NCBI GenBank assembly: GCA_964350645.1
Contig: CAYGJY010000002.1
Span: 97,538 to 161,537, forward strand
Reading direction: 5' to 3'
DNA length: 64,000 bases
Origin: an uncultured Candidatus Saccharibacteria bacterium
GTDB lineage: Bacteria > Patescibacteriota > Minisyncoccia > Phycocordibacterales > UBA918
Position numbers and translations under genes: made by a program. Below, one piece after another: positions 20,467 through 30,870 of this stretch. A model generated the notes under the pieces. It was not told the DNA's origin. It saw nothing but the letters and a program-made list of their open reading frames with translations, and ran no database searches. Each line of letters starts with the position of its first letter. Positions within the stretch are counted from its first letter, which is position 1.

Positions 20467-21030
20467 CTACTCAGTGGCATGGTTCGATTTATCCCCGCCT
20501 TCGGGGGCTTGGTAGTTTGGTAGACCACTAAGTAAGGGTCGTTTTTCTAGAGTGTCAGCTTGAGAAGTAGCCCTAATGACATGCTCTTCTTCAGATGTGA
20601 AGTGTTCACTGTCCCTGGTGTACCCCACTTGAGGAGTAACTCGAGCTTTTTCAGCGTCAGTCTGCATAGTGCGGACTGGCACTGGAGTACTCATTGGTAA
20701 TTCTGGCTCTGCCCCTCCGGCTGCAGTCGTTATTTGTTGTTGGTCTAAGAATTTTTTAATTTCAATGACTAACTTATCGCTCGCTTCTTTTGGAAGTTTC
20801 AAATCAGTTTCGAGCGTATCAATAATGTCGGCTAGCGAATATAAACGCAGAGCCAAATCTGACACGACTAAAACTAAATCGCGAAATAAGTTTTCAGGCA
20901 AAGCATTGGTTTCAAGAAAGTTAGTCACAAAGGTTGTGATAGTATCGGAATCAATCAGCTGCTTCAGCTCTGGCGGAGCAGCTTTGTAGGCCACGTCAAA
21001 TTCTTCCCACGAGGTGATTTTTTTTATCAT
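20467..21030 (-). CDS. Hypothetical protein (T4SS locus)
   Basis: Same operon; helical N-terminus, VRTMQTD motif. Confidence 0.6.
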   Translation of the reverse strand: MIKKITSWEEFDVAYKAAPPELKQLIDSDTITTFVTNFLETNALPENLFRDLVLVVSDLALRLYSLADIIDTLETDLKLPKEASDKLVIEIKKFLDQQQITTAAGGAEPELPMSTPVPVRTMQTDAEKARVTPQVGYTRDSEHFTSEEEHVIRATSQADTLEKRPLLSGLPNYQAPEGGDKSNHATE

Positions 21031-21032
21031 AG

Positions 21033-23063
21033 TTAGGTATTTTGTAGGTTCAAGCGAGCTGCTAGTGGTGTATGCTTCTCCCAGCTTTGCCATTGTTTCG
21101 TGTAGGCACCAGGACCACTTGGGCTCAATCGATCCAGAAGAATTTGATTGTCAATATTTTTCGACATAGTCTGGAGGTCTGGATCAGCGATTTTACCGTC
21201 TTTCATCTTAGCTTCGACCATAGTTGGCGTGAGATGAGGGGCCATGGCCGCATCAGTGAATACTTCGTCAGGCATTTTGGCAAACTCTTTGCTACCACGT
21301 TGAGCTAAGAGCTGGCGTTGGGTTTGGGTACCCACCATCTGGTTGCCACGCGTGCCCGTAGTGGCTACTTGTTTCATAGCTTTTTTCTTGGCAGTTTTGA
21401 TGTCACCAATTTGTTGGTCAGAGTATTTGCCAGTTTTTTCGAGATCATCAATTTGATCAGCAGAGAGATGCAGGGCTACCTCTTCTTTGGTCAGGATATT
21501 GATATCCATGTCTTTCATTTGTTCGGTTGTTAAGTCACCGATTGCGCTGACCATATCTTTTAGTTGGTCAGCTGTCGGAGTTGTCCCACCAGTAGGATTA
21601 ATAACAGTATCAATGTCAGTCAAGCGTTTATTTTCTGCTGCTTTTTGAGTGGTACGTTTTTGTCGTTCTTCTCTAAAGTTGTCGATATCACCCAAAGAAC
21701 GGTGTAGACCCTCTGGCTTCCAATTTTCCCACATATCGGTATGTTCGAGTACGAGGTGATCAGCCTCTGTGGCTTTAACAGCAGAACGTGCAAAATCCCC
21801 GATTTTACTTCCCGTTCCAGCTGCACTACTACGTGATTGCCAATTTTTGAGACCTTTCCCAACTGCCCCGGCGGTACGTCCAACTGCCCAACGCCGTATT
21901 CCTCGGTCTGGGAAGCGGGCCATATAACTCGCTTGACGCATGATCCGGTCCCCGCCGTTTTTGGTCATGGTGTAGGCGGCGTTGGCACCATAGGCACCCA
22001 TCATTTGAGCGACCTTGAGTGAAGCAACCAGGAAACCAGTTACTAAAAAGAAGTACAAGATGATCATGAATGCTCCATTTGAAGCTGCGTTTTGTTCATA
22101 TGCTTCTGCAAATGTGCCGTTTACTCCAATTCCACTGAGAGCCCAGAGTGAGAGATAGAGCATAAATAAATAGGCCGGCGCTACAAACGCGTATTTTAAA
22201 AATTTTGTCCACCACTCCTTACCCTGCTTGGCGGCCAAAGGAGACATCAGCCCCAAAAACATCATGGGCGAGAGAATCATAAATATAATTAGGGCAATAA
22301 AGCGACCAATCAAAATCACCGCCCCAGAAGCAAAGACAAAGCCAGCAAAAATCATAAAAAACATCATGAGAATACCAAACATGATAAAGCGACCAGAAAT
22401 GAAATCTGTTTCACCGCGGATATTTTCGAGCAATGAGCCGTCGGCGAAAGACGGTAGTTTGGTGGCATTCATAAAAGCGGCGGTCACACTTTTTTGGTCA
22501 GCGCCACCAAACGTGACTGTTGTCGCTCCGCCTTCATCACCACCTGAAACAGTGATAGTGCTGGTATCAGCGGCGACGTTGGCCATCATTGCCGTGTGGA
22601 TTTGAAAAGCAGCAATATTTGAGAAATCGATGATGGCTTTGGTGATGAACAAGCTAAAGTTGATCATCAGCGCGGCAATGATCAGATATCCGAGAGCTTT
22701 TTTGGTACTTGTGTCATTTGAAAATAAAATAGTACGAAAACCGATGTAGATTAAACCAAAAATGAAGAAGATATTAAATAAATCCCTCACTACTACCCAG
22801 AGCTCGTCTACTACTACTCCTAGATTTGCTTCTAGATAATTCCCCATGCCAATGACTAAGTAGATCACCGTGTAATCAAGCAGGCTACCTCCTACCCATA
22901 AAAATAGTCCTCCAAAACCAACACAGATTGTGTACAGAAAAGAACCTACTGATGTGGGAATACTATCTGCATATACAGGTGTGGTGCAGCCGATAATAAG
23001 CACACAACAAAACAGTAGTTTAAGTAGTAGTCGAGTAGTTTTTTTAGAAACAGAAATACGCAT
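21033..23063 (-). CDS. VirB6/TrbL-like polytopic membrane protein
   Basis: WVVVRDLFNIFFIF, ALMINFSLFITKAIID, GRFIALIIFMILSP; long hydrophilic C-tail. Confidence 0.75.
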   Translation of the reverse strand: MRISVSKKTTRLLLKLLFCCVLIIGCTTPVYADSIPTSVGSFLYTICVGFGGLFLWVGGSLLDYTVIYLVIGMGNYLEANLGVVVDELWVVVRDLFNIFFIFGLIYIGFRTILFSNDTSTKKALGYLIIAALMINFSLFITKAIIDFSNIAAFQIHTAMMANVAADTSTITVSGGDEGGATTVTFGGADQKSVTAAFMNATKLPSFADGSLLENIRGETDFISGRFIMFGILMMFFMIFAGFVFASGAVILIGRFIALIIFMILSPMMFLGLMSPLAAKQGKEWWTKFLKYAFVAPAYLFMLYLSLWALSGIGVNGTFAEAYEQNAASNGAFMIILYFFLVTGFLVASLKVAQMMGAYGANAAYTMTKNGGDRIMRQASYMARFPDRGIRRWAVGRTAGAVGKGLKNWQSRSSAAGTGSKIGDFARSAVKATEADHLVLEHTDMWENWKPEGLHRSLGDIDNFREERQKRTTQKAAENKRLTDIDTVINPTGGTTPTADQLKDMVSAIGDLTTEQMKDMDINILTKEEVALHLSADQIDDLEKTGKYSDQQIGDIKTAKKKAMKQVATTGTRGNQMVGTQTQRQLLAQRGSKEFAKMPDEVFTDAAMAPHLTPTMVEAKMKDGKIADPDLQTMSKNIDNQILLDRLSPSGPGAYTKQWQSWEKHTPLAARLNLQNT

Positions 23064-23065
23064 AA

Positions 23066-24547
23066 CTAAATTCCATTAAGTAACCGGTCACATCGCGATT
23101 CTTCATTTTGAAGAGCTTCATCAAAATCTCGTAGTTCTACGTCCATGAGAATTATTTCTAAATTGACTTCTGCTTGAGCCACCTCAACTTGCGAAGCAGC
23201 GGCAGTGTCAAACTGAATTTGACGGGCAGCTAGCGTGAGATCGAGTTGAGCTTGCGTCGTCGTCGCTTGATTGTATGCTCGCTGGACCCGCCGTAGGTCG
23301 ACGATTACTTGGTTGATTAGAGGGATGATCTCGACCGCTTCAGTACGGGCATCGGTATAGACAGGTGGTAATTCGGCGTTGAAGCAAACAGGGTACTGCT
23401 CTTCTAGGTCTTCTATGCGAGTTTCTTGGCGATCAACAAAGGCAATGGTTTGGTTCATGACTCGTCGGTAGTTTTGCTGGGTAGTAATTGCATCTTGAAT
23501 CGGGTCGCCACCAGTTGCGACAGCACCGCTTGTTTCAGTCTGCGTTCGTTCAAGGAGGGTCGGTCCGGCGCCACTTTCTCCGCGGTAGGCGTAGGCTGAG
23601 TTTCCGCCAGCGCCAAGTAGACCTCCAACCCCAGTAATCAGCGTACTACCAAATTGTGCCAAGACCGCACCGACAAGTTCATTAAATTCATCAGCAAAGG
23701 CCAATTTCTGACCAGGGATACCTAAATATTGATTAAATTGTGTTTCGACTAAGCCTCCCGGAGTGGTGACTGTACAATTATTGATTGAGCCACTAAGAGA
23801 GACACCTTCCTCACAGATCTGAATATTTTTGAAAAACTTATTGGCTTTGAGAATTTCAAATTCACCATCTCGTGTGCGTAGAACAATCGCGTCACGCTCA
23901 GCACTTGCATTTAAGAAAGCTTTGTTAGGGTCATTGTTAGCCCCTTGGGTTAGTTCAAACCAACCAGCCCAACCGCCTTCAGCAAAGTTTCCGTTAAGGA
24001 AGTTTTCCATATTGCCAACAACATCAGATAAGGTACATTGCGGCTCATAGCCATCTGCACCATAGTATTGCAAGCTGAGCGCGATGCGAATGTCGAGCTC
24101 AAAGGGACTACACAAAAATCCAAGTTCACTACCATTAATAAATCGTCCAACAGCTTCGTCGACAACATCAGTAAGGAAGCCTTCAATGTTGGTGACAAAT
24201 GCCGGACTACCTTGGAAGCCTGAGTTGACCCAGGCAGTCAGCGAGGTCAGCATGTTGGAAATCAAGGCGTTCGCTAGACCCCAGAAGAGTGGGTCTAAAA
24301 TATTTTCTTTAACCCACTCGTCGTATTCGTATATTTGGATAGCCACGTCAGCAATGGCTGAGATAGTTGATTCAACCGAAGTTTTAACGTTGTTAGCAAA
24401 GTTGAGGACATCTTTAACCGTGAAAGCTTCGGCTGGTTCCACGTATACTACTTTGGTATGCGATAAAGGTGAGGCAGCCACCATAATAGCTACCACCAAA
24501 ACTGAAGCAATGTAGGAGGTGACGTTTTTGTAGTGGAAGAGATTCAT
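23066..24547 (-). CDS. Secreted T4SS-locus protein
   Basis: Signal peptide, WVNSGFQGSPAFV, CSPF, CTL, GGWAGW, TPG motifs; coiled-coil tail. Confidence 0.6.
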   Translation of the reverse strand: MNLFHYKNVTSYIASVLVVAIMVAASPLSHTKVVYVEPAEAFTVKDVLNFANNVKTSVESTISAIADVAIQIYEYDEWVKENILDPLFWGLANALISNMLTSLTAWVNSGFQGSPAFVTNIEGFLTDVVDEAVGRFINGSELGFLCSPFELDIRIALSLQYYGADGYEPQCTLSDVVGNMENFLNGNFAEGGWAGWFELTQGANNDPNKAFLNASAERDAIVLRTRDGEFEILKANKFFKNIQICEEGVSLSGSINNCTVTTPGGLVETQFNQYLGIPGQKLAFADEFNELVGAVLAQFGSTLITGVGGLLGAGGNSAYAYRGESGAGPTLLERTQTETSGAVATGGDPIQDAITTQQNYRRVMNQTIAFVDRQETRIEDLEEQYPVCFNAELPPVYTDARTEAVEIIPLINQVIVDLRRVQRAYNQATTTQAQLDLTLAARQIQFDTAAASQVEVAQAEVNLEIILMDVELRDFDEALQNEESRCDRLLNGI

Positions 24548-24552
24548 ATGTA

Positions 24553-25431
24553 TTACCAGAGATTAATGAACCCAAAAACTTGGCGGGCTAGGTCATTTTC
24601 TTTATAGGAAATACCCTCCCCTTCGAGGTTGGTGTAGAGATTAACGAGGGCATAGTAGAGACCCTTGGTGTCATCTTGATAGCGTTTCAGTCGTGTCATG
24701 GTGTAAAGCGGATCAGTAAATGATGCTTCCATAGCTGCGATGTCGATCGCTAGCGCATTGTAAGCATTAAGGAGGTAGACGTGATCGTCAGCTAGTGAGC
24801 GAGGAACCTCTAAGGTCAGCATATCGCCAAGCATCCCTTCGTATGATTTTTTAATAGGAGCAAGCTTGGCTAAGGTTTCAGGGTTGTTGCGTTCGACTGC
24901 CTGTTTTGTAATCAGCGCCTCATTCTCAGTTTCAACTGGGACAGCGTGTACCAAAGCAATTTCAGCGACTTTATTGCCGTAAGCAAAGAGTGCTTCGCGG
25001 TTGGTGTCATCAATGACGGCTATGTCCCTAAACGTATATAGGTCGTCAACAGCCGCAGCTTGGATTTGCTTCTCAAAATTATCAACAATCTGACCTTGTT
25101 GTTCATCAAACACACCATACTGCTTAGCTTCGACGGTATCTTTGAAAAGAGCGATTGCCATTTGTCCCGTCAGTGTGTCTGGTGGAGTGTAGGTACCGGC
25201 TGTCGTTGTGCCTGAATCAAGAGAAATTGTTTGCACCGTACGCAGTGTTTCTCGCCAATCAGCAATGCCATTGTTATTTGCGTCAGCGATGGCGATATAA
25301 CTCCGCTCTGGGGCAGCCGCCACTATTACAGCAGCTGATGCCGGAGTACTTTTTTCTGTGACGACACCATAAAGTGAGGCTGAGATCAGACCAGCTCCAA
25401 TAACAAATGCACCTAAAATCTTGGCGTTCAT
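24553..25431 (-). CDS. Membrane-anchored hypothetical protein with DxNxNG Ca-binding-like loop
   Basis: N-terminal TM, DANNNGIADW. Confidence 0.6.
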   Translation of the reverse strand: MNAKILGAFVIGAGLISASLYGVVTEKSTPASAAVIVAAAPERSYIAIADANNNGIADWRETLRTVQTISLDSGTTTAGTYTPPDTLTGQMAIALFKDTVEAKQYGVFDEQQGQIVDNFEKQIQAAAVDDLYTFRDIAVIDDTNREALFAYGNKVAEIALVHAVPVETENEALITKQAVERNNPETLAKLAPIKKSYEGMLGDMLTLEVPRSLADDHVYLLNAYNALAIDIAAMEASFTDPLYTMTRLKRYQDDTKGLYYALVNLYTNLEGEGISYKENDLARQVFGFINLW

Positions 25432-25537
25432 AAACGGTAGTCTCAGTATAACAGTCGCCACTATACATATATATGTATAAAGGTAATAACCTGTGATTAA
25501 CCGTGGGGACAGCTATGTATAGTCTGGGGAACAGCTG

Positions 25538-26347
25538 TTAGGTATTGATCGATTGAAGCTCTTGTACTAACTGTAGCCATATTTCAAGGGATAGGTCTTC
25601 GGCTCGGACATCAAGCGGTAGTGCTAGTGTGGAAAAGATGTGGGTAAGTTGGTTTCGCTCAAAGTGGGCTGCTAAATTACCAAGGAGCTGTTTTCGTTTT
25701 TGGCCAAAACCAAGGTGGAGCATTTCAAAAAAGAAGGTTGGAGAAAGCGATATAAAGTGTTCCTGATTGATATGTTCAATAGAAATGATAGCTGAGTCAA
25801 TCTTTGGCGGGGGTGTGAAGTGCCCTCTCAAAACCGTCGTAACGTAGTGTGGCTGCCCAAATGCCTCAATGGAAAGAGAGAGGAGGGAACTTTTTGTGTC
25901 ACGGGCAATGCGTTTGGCAACCTCTTTCTGAATTAGAAAGACAATTTGGCTTGGTTGTACTTTGTGCTCGAGTAAGGTGCGAAACAGGTATCCGGTTAGG
26001 TAGTATGGGATATTGGCGACTACTTTAAAGTTGTGATTGGTGAAGCTATAGTTAGTTATATCGAGCTCACGGGCGTCACCGTGATGTAGTTCAAGCAATC
26101 CGTCCGCAAGCTCAGTAGGAAATGTTTCTTTGAGAACAGTGATAGCTCGTTCGTCTGCTTCAAGTGCCACGACTTTTGCCCCACGTTGCAAGAGTTCGCG
26201 GGTCAGAGCACCAGTGCCGGGTCCGATTTCGAAAATAGTCTCACCAGTGATGATGTGGGCAGCATCACACATCCAGCCAGGGACAACTGGACTGGTGAGG
26301 AAGTTTTGTCCAAGGCTTTTCTTTTTGTGAAACGTCGATTCAGTCAT
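25538..26347 (-). CDS. rsmA: 16S rRNA m6,2A dimethyltransferase
   Basis: KKSLGQNFL, EIGPGTGALT, ANIPYY, FTPPPKIDS. Confidence 0.96.
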   Translation of the reverse strand: MTESTFHKKKSLGQNFLTSPVVPGWMCDAAHIITGETIFEIGPGTGALTRELLQRGAKVVALEADERAITVLKETFPTELADGLLELHHGDARELDITNYSFTNHNFKVVANIPYYLTGYLFRTLLEHKVQPSQIVFLIQKEVAKRIARDTKSSLLSLSIEAFGQPHYVTTVLRGHFTPPPKIDSAIISIEHINQEHFISLSPTFFFEMLHLGFGQKRKQLLGNLAAHFERNQLTHIFSTLALPLDVRAEDLSLEIWLQLVQELQSINT

Positions 26348-26448
26348 AAATGAAGCCTACGGTTTTGCAGGTGACTTGGCAAGGGTCTGTATATGAGCAG
26401 CCGACAGAACATTTTGTCACTTTGGCTGCTGCGCATCTTTATGTCCCC

Positions 26449-28413
26449 TCAGTCAATTTCAATAATTGTTTCGTACCCAGAGTTGTTTTCATTACCTCCG
26501 CGTCTGGCATCGTCCCCGTCGATGTAGTCACTATCAAGATCATGCAAAAATGATGAGGGTACGTTAATACGTTGGCTACCGAAAATTGTTCGCATGTGTG
26601 CGTAGGTTAAAAATATTTTTTTCTCAGCTCGAGTTAAGGCGACGTAAAACAGTCGGCGCTCTTCTTCGTGATCGACGCCGCGATCGTCGAGACGTTCATG
26701 CGGAAAGAGACCCTCTTCAAGTCCGGTGATAAACACATAGGGAAACTCGAGTCCTTTGGCAGCGTGGATGGTCATGAGTCTAACGGCATCTTGCTCTTCT
26801 TTAGCTTTGAGTTCATCTTGATCAGACTGCAGCGCAGCGTCTTCAAGAAGGGTGTCGACTGCTTCTTCCGGGTCAAGTTCATCGTAGCGCACTGCAAGGG
26901 TGACAAGCTCACGTAAGTTTTCCAGTCGTTCCATATCCTCTTCAGTTCCAGATTTCCGATAGTCAGCTTCGATGCCAGTGCGCTTCATAATAAACTTCAG
27001 GGTTTCGGAAATGTTACTGGTCCGTGCACTGTCAGCAATATCACTCATCATCTCATCAAAGCGTTCTACTTTTTGTAATGCTGCTCCTGACAAATCTTCT
27101 CGTCTTCCTTCGACTACTTTGAGCATAGTGACTTTACCAATGCCGCGCGTCGGGGTGTTGATGATGCGTGTCAGGTCACTCGTACTGCCTGGGTTTAAGG
27201 CCAGACGCAAAAAAGACAATACATCTTTCACTTCTTTTCGTTCAAAAAATTTAGTGCCTAAGAGTTGGTACGGGACGCCAAAATTTAAAAATGCTTCTTC
27301 GAGAGAGCGTGACTGAAAGTTGGTCCGGTATAGCACAGCAACTCCAGATGGCGCAGCTCCATCAGCGATTAAGCTCTTGGCGGTCATTGCAATGTACTCT
27401 GCTTCGTCTGAACCAGTCATTGCGGCAAACACTGTAATGTTCTCCCCGTCTTGGTTATTGGTGAAAACTGTTTTTTCAACGCGGTTGTGATTCTTCTTGA
27501 TGATGTCGTTACTAGCGGCGATAATCGTTTTTGTTGAACGATAATTTTCTTCCAGCAAGACTGTGTGGGCACCAGGAAATTGTCGTTCAAACTGCAGCAC
27601 GTTTTGGATGTCAGCCCCTCTCCACGAGTAAATGTTTTGATCAATGTCGCCAACAACACAGATATTTTTTTGGTCGCTGGTTAGTTGTTTTGCAATTTCA
27701 AATTGTACCTTGTTAGTGTCTTGGTATTCGTCAACGTGAATATATTTAAATCGTTCACGAAGTGTCGCAGCTACCTGTGGGTGTGCTTCAATCAACCGTA
27801 GAGTTTTTAAAAGGAGATCGTCAAAATCAAGCGCGTGATCGTCCTTCATAATTTTTTCATAGTGCTCCCAGACTTCCCCAGCGACGCGTTCTGGGTAGCT
27901 TGAAGCGTCATCAAGGAATGTAGTACGACTGAGTGCGTCGCCTTTAGCACGCGAAATAATACTGAGCATCTTCCGGGGCTCGAATTGCTTTGGACTGTAG
28001 CCGGCTAGCTCAAGCGATTTTTTAATGGCTCGTACTGAATCACTACGATCGTAAATGACAAAGTGGCGCCGCAAGCCAAGGAGCTCATGGAATTCACGTA
28101 AGGTGCGTACACCAAAAGAGTGGAAGGTAGTGACCACTGGTAATGAGTCAATGAGCGCCCGATCACTCGGAGGATATTTTTTAATCAGAGCTAAAACCCG
28201 CTCACGCATTTCTTTAGCGGCTTTGTTAGTAAAGGTGACGGCAAGAATATTATGGGGAGCGGTGCCCTGGTGAATTAGATGGACGATGCGGTGCGTGATG
28301 ACGCGGGTCTTTCCTGAACCAGCGCCAGCGAGCACAAGCAAAGGGCCGTTAGTGTGGACTACAGCTTCAGTTTGTTTAGCGTTCAGACCTTCGATGTACC
28401 TGGGTGTCTCCAT
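26449..28413 (-). CDS. pcrA: UvrD/PcrA helicase
   Basis: AGAGSGKT, VDEYQDTN, NYRS, MTIHAAKGLEF, EEERRLFYVALTRA. Confidence 0.95.
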   Translation of the reverse strand: METPRYIEGLNAKQTEAVVHTNGPLLVLAGAGSGKTRVITHRIVHLIHQGTAPHNILAVTFTNKAAKEMRERVLALIKKYPPSDRALIDSLPVVTTFHSFGVRTLREFHELLGLRRHFVIYDRSDSVRAIKKSLELAGYSPKQFEPRKMLSIISRAKGDALSRTTFLDDASSYPERVAGEVWEHYEKIMKDDHALDFDDLLLKTLRLIEAHPQVAATLRERFKYIHVDEYQDTNKVQFEIAKQLTSDQKNICVVGDIDQNIYSWRGADIQNVLQFERQFPGAHTVLLEENYRSTKTIIAASNDIIKKNHNRVEKTVFTNNQDGENITVFAAMTGSDEAEYIAMTAKSLIADGAAPSGVAVLYRTNFQSRSLEEAFLNFGVPYQLLGTKFFERKEVKDVLSFLRLALNPGSTSDLTRIINTPTRGIGKVTMLKVVEGRREDLSGAALQKVERFDEMMSDIADSARTSNISETLKFIMKRTGIEADYRKSGTEEDMERLENLRELVTLAVRYDELDPEEAVDTLLEDAALQSDQDELKAKEEQDAVRLMTIHAAKGLEFPYVFITGLEEGLFPHERLDDRGVDHEEERRLFYVALTRAEKKIFLTYAHMRTIFGSQRINVPSSFLHDLDSDYIDGDDARRGGNENNSGYETIIEID

Positions 28414-28817
28414 ATGCTCGCGCATACTACCGCACTGATTTATATATGTATAGATAAATAAACCGTATAAGTCTGAAGTAGGTATTACAAAACAAGATAT
28501 ATCTTGCGTCAATGGCCCAAAACCGAAGGTTTTGGGCCACCAAAATAGCTTTTTTTCTTTAACGCTGAAAAGTGCACTACGTCAATTGACCGACTCCTTT
28601 GCTCTAGTAGAATTATGCGCATGCCAAAAGATGACCTCGCTTGGAGGTTCGGCCAAATAGATGATTGACCTAATTCCGTAATGCTGATCGGCGGTGAGAC
28701 CATAACCTAAAACGTATTTTATCTACACAAGAGGACACTGACGGATCTAGTATCCCGGAGTTTGTAACTACAAACTCCACCCCGCAGTCGACATATATAC
28801 CTGCTCCATCGTCAAAA

Positions 28818-29813
28818 ATGGTTCGCTTTTTCGTTGAAGCCCTACCGGCACTATTACTGGTAGCAGTGCCGTTCTCTGTTCACGCTGGAGTGTTCAGCTC
28901 GCTTGTTGAAATGTTGCAAGATGATGTGGTGATATACCAGGCTGATCGTCATCATCAATCGGTTGTGGATGTTGCCCTCATGAGTGCTACCGCTAATCCA
29001 GATCCGATCGGTGCGATCGGTGGCGGTGATGTGATAGTTGATGAGGGAGCTTTGGTCGCTGGAGGTACGCTTGGGGCTGACGACATGGCTGCCGCCAAAA
29101 CCTTTACTGGCGAGATTAGTGTCTATGTCGTGCGCGAGGGTGATACCCTCTCACAGATTGCCGAGATGTTTCAGGTCACTACTAACACAATCCGGTGGGC
29201 CAACGAGATTCCTGGGGGCGTGATTCAGCCAGGTGACTCACTTGTAATCTTGCCGATTGCTGGTGTTCGTCATGTCATCAAGTCGGGAGATACAATGAGC
29301 ACGATTGCCAAGAAGTATGATGCTAATATCGAAGAAATTGTAGAGTACAACCAACTGACCGAAGGAGTTGCGCTCGTAGTTGGTGAAACTATTGTGGTAC
29401 CCGGTGGACAAATGGCTGCACCGGTCCGTAGTGCTTCGCCGGTGAAGACATCAGGTTCAGCTGTTGCATCAGTTGGATTTACGCATCCAGCTCCAGGCGC
29501 TATCCGAACTCAAGGAATCCACGGCTACAACGGTGTTGACCTTGGTGGGAGTTACGGTGCACCAATTAAGGCAGCTGCTTCGGGAGAGGTAATTGTCTCA
29601 AAGAGTAGTGGATGGAATGGCGGCTACGGAAACTACATTGTGATTAAACATCCAAACGGTACGCAGACATTATATGCTCACCTGAGCAGCACTGCAGTTG
29701 GTGTCGGCGCGTATGTTGGTGCTGGAGAAGTTATCGGAGGAATGGGAAGTACCGGGAGATCAACGGGAGTGCACCTACACTTCGAAGTTCGAGGAGCCAG
29801 AAACCCTTTCTAA
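28818..29813 (+). CDS. LysM x2 + M23 peptidase (cell-wall hydrolase)
   Basis: YVVREGDTLS, HVIKSGDT, HGYNGVD, YAHL, STGVHLHFE. Confidence 0.92.
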   Translation: MVRFFVEALPALLLVAVPFSVHAGVFSSLVEMLQDDVVIYQADRHHQSVVDVALMSATANPDPIGAIGGGDVIVDEGALVAGGTLGADDMAAAKTFTGEISVYVVREGDTLSQIAEMFQVTTNTIRWANEIPGGVIQPGDSLVILPIAGVRHVIKSGDTMSTIAKKYDANIEEIVEYNQLTEGVALVVGETIVVPGGQMAAPVRSASPVKTSGSAVASVGFTHPAPGAIRTQGIHGYNGVDLGGSYGAPIKAAASGEVIVSKSSGWNGGYGNYIVIKHPNGTQTLYAHLSSTAVGVGAYVGAGEVIGGMGSTGRSTGVHLHFEVRGARNPF

Positions 29814-29820
29814 AGTAAAC

Positions 29821-29859
29821 AAAAAACCGGCGGGCACCTTTGGTGCCCGCCGGTTTTTT
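29821..29859. terminator. Bidirectional terminator
   Basis: AAAAAACCGGCGGGCACC-TTT-GGTGCCCGCCGGTTTTTT. Confidence 0.85.
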
Positions 29860-29861
29860 GA

Positions 29862-30296
29862 TCATAAATCTTGCCAATACGCAGTGTAATTTTTTCCCTT
29901 TGTAAAACCAATATCTACATATCTTTTTTCTAATTCAATGTGATCTATAGGAGCGTACACTAAGACTTGGATATGACCTCGGTTTTGCATTTCTATTTTG
30001 GCTGCGGACCACAGAGCTGTTACTATTTTTGATTGAGATGTTTCTGGTATTGTTGTGCTCACTGCGAAACGATAGAGCCACGCCGCTCGCCCGTCTTCAA
30101 AGAGAGTAACTGTCCCAATAATTTGTCCATTAAGCTCTGCTACTAAAATACTTCCCGGTTTCTCTGTCTCCAATTCAGCTAATTTTTCTTTAGTGTCACG
30201 CGCTGCGTCAAACTGTCCTCCGAAAGTACCGCTGTCTCGATACAACGCTTCGACTCCCGGATAATCAAACTCTGGGTTGTAGTTTCGAATAATCAT
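29862..30296 (-). CDS. GNAT-family acetyltransferase-like protein
   Basis: ILVAELNGQIIGTV, WLYRFAV, YVDIGF. Confidence 0.7.
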   Translation of the reverse strand: MIIRNYNPEFDYPGVEALYRDSGTFGGQFDAARDTKEKLAELETEKPGSILVAELNGQIIGTVTLFEDGRAAWLYRFAVSTTIPETSQSKIVTALWSAAKIEMQNRGHIQVLVYAPIDHIELEKRYVDIGFTKGKNYTAYWQDL

Positions 30297-30835
30297 GATG
30301 GTGAATGTGAAGTTTTGGTATGACGGATCTCCTCGCGCACTTGTTTGTCACTGATATAACTGAGCACGTCAGAGTCGGGATTATAAAGCTCAATCATGTC
30401 GAGCCGTGCTTCTGGAAAAATGCGCGCGTCAGGACACTGACCGGTGGCAACAGATTGTTTCAGTTCTGAATACTCTGCCTTAGGTAAATAGAAATCAATA
30501 TCCCCTACGTGGTGTCGGTACGGGTCAGGTTTCCGGATATAGAGGTATTCATACCTAGCAGCTGGAGTAGCTTCTTCCTGGGGAATCACGATTGGCTCAT
30601 GCAATTTAAAATATTTCTGATTCCAGTTGTTAGCGGTATCAGTTAGCTCCTCTCGCAGTCTGGTAAGAAATTCATATTCATCTTGATAATGACAAAAGAT
30701 ACCAATATTTCCTGGTACTGGTAAGTAGCGACCCAGGCTGGTGTAGCATTGTTGGTGCGCTTCACGATGTAGATGATGAATTGCCTGCAGCAATTCATCA
30801 TGTGACTCTATGGGGCTAAAGCGGTAGAGTTTCAT
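30293..30835 (-). CDS. Hypothetical protein
   Basis: 180-aa ORF translationally coupled to the GNAT gene. Confidence 0.65.
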   Translation of the reverse strand: MKLYRFSPIESHDELLQAIHHLHREAHQQCYTSLGRYLPVPGNIGIFCHYQDEYEFLTRLREELTDTANNWNQKYFKLHEPIVIPQEEATPAARYEYLYIRKPDPYRHHVGDIDFYLPKAEYSELKQSVATGQCPDARIFPEARLDMIELYNPDSDVLSYISDKQVREEIRHTKTSHSPS

Positions 30836-30870
30836 TTTTTACTCTGCAGTTAATTAATCATAACAGAAAA

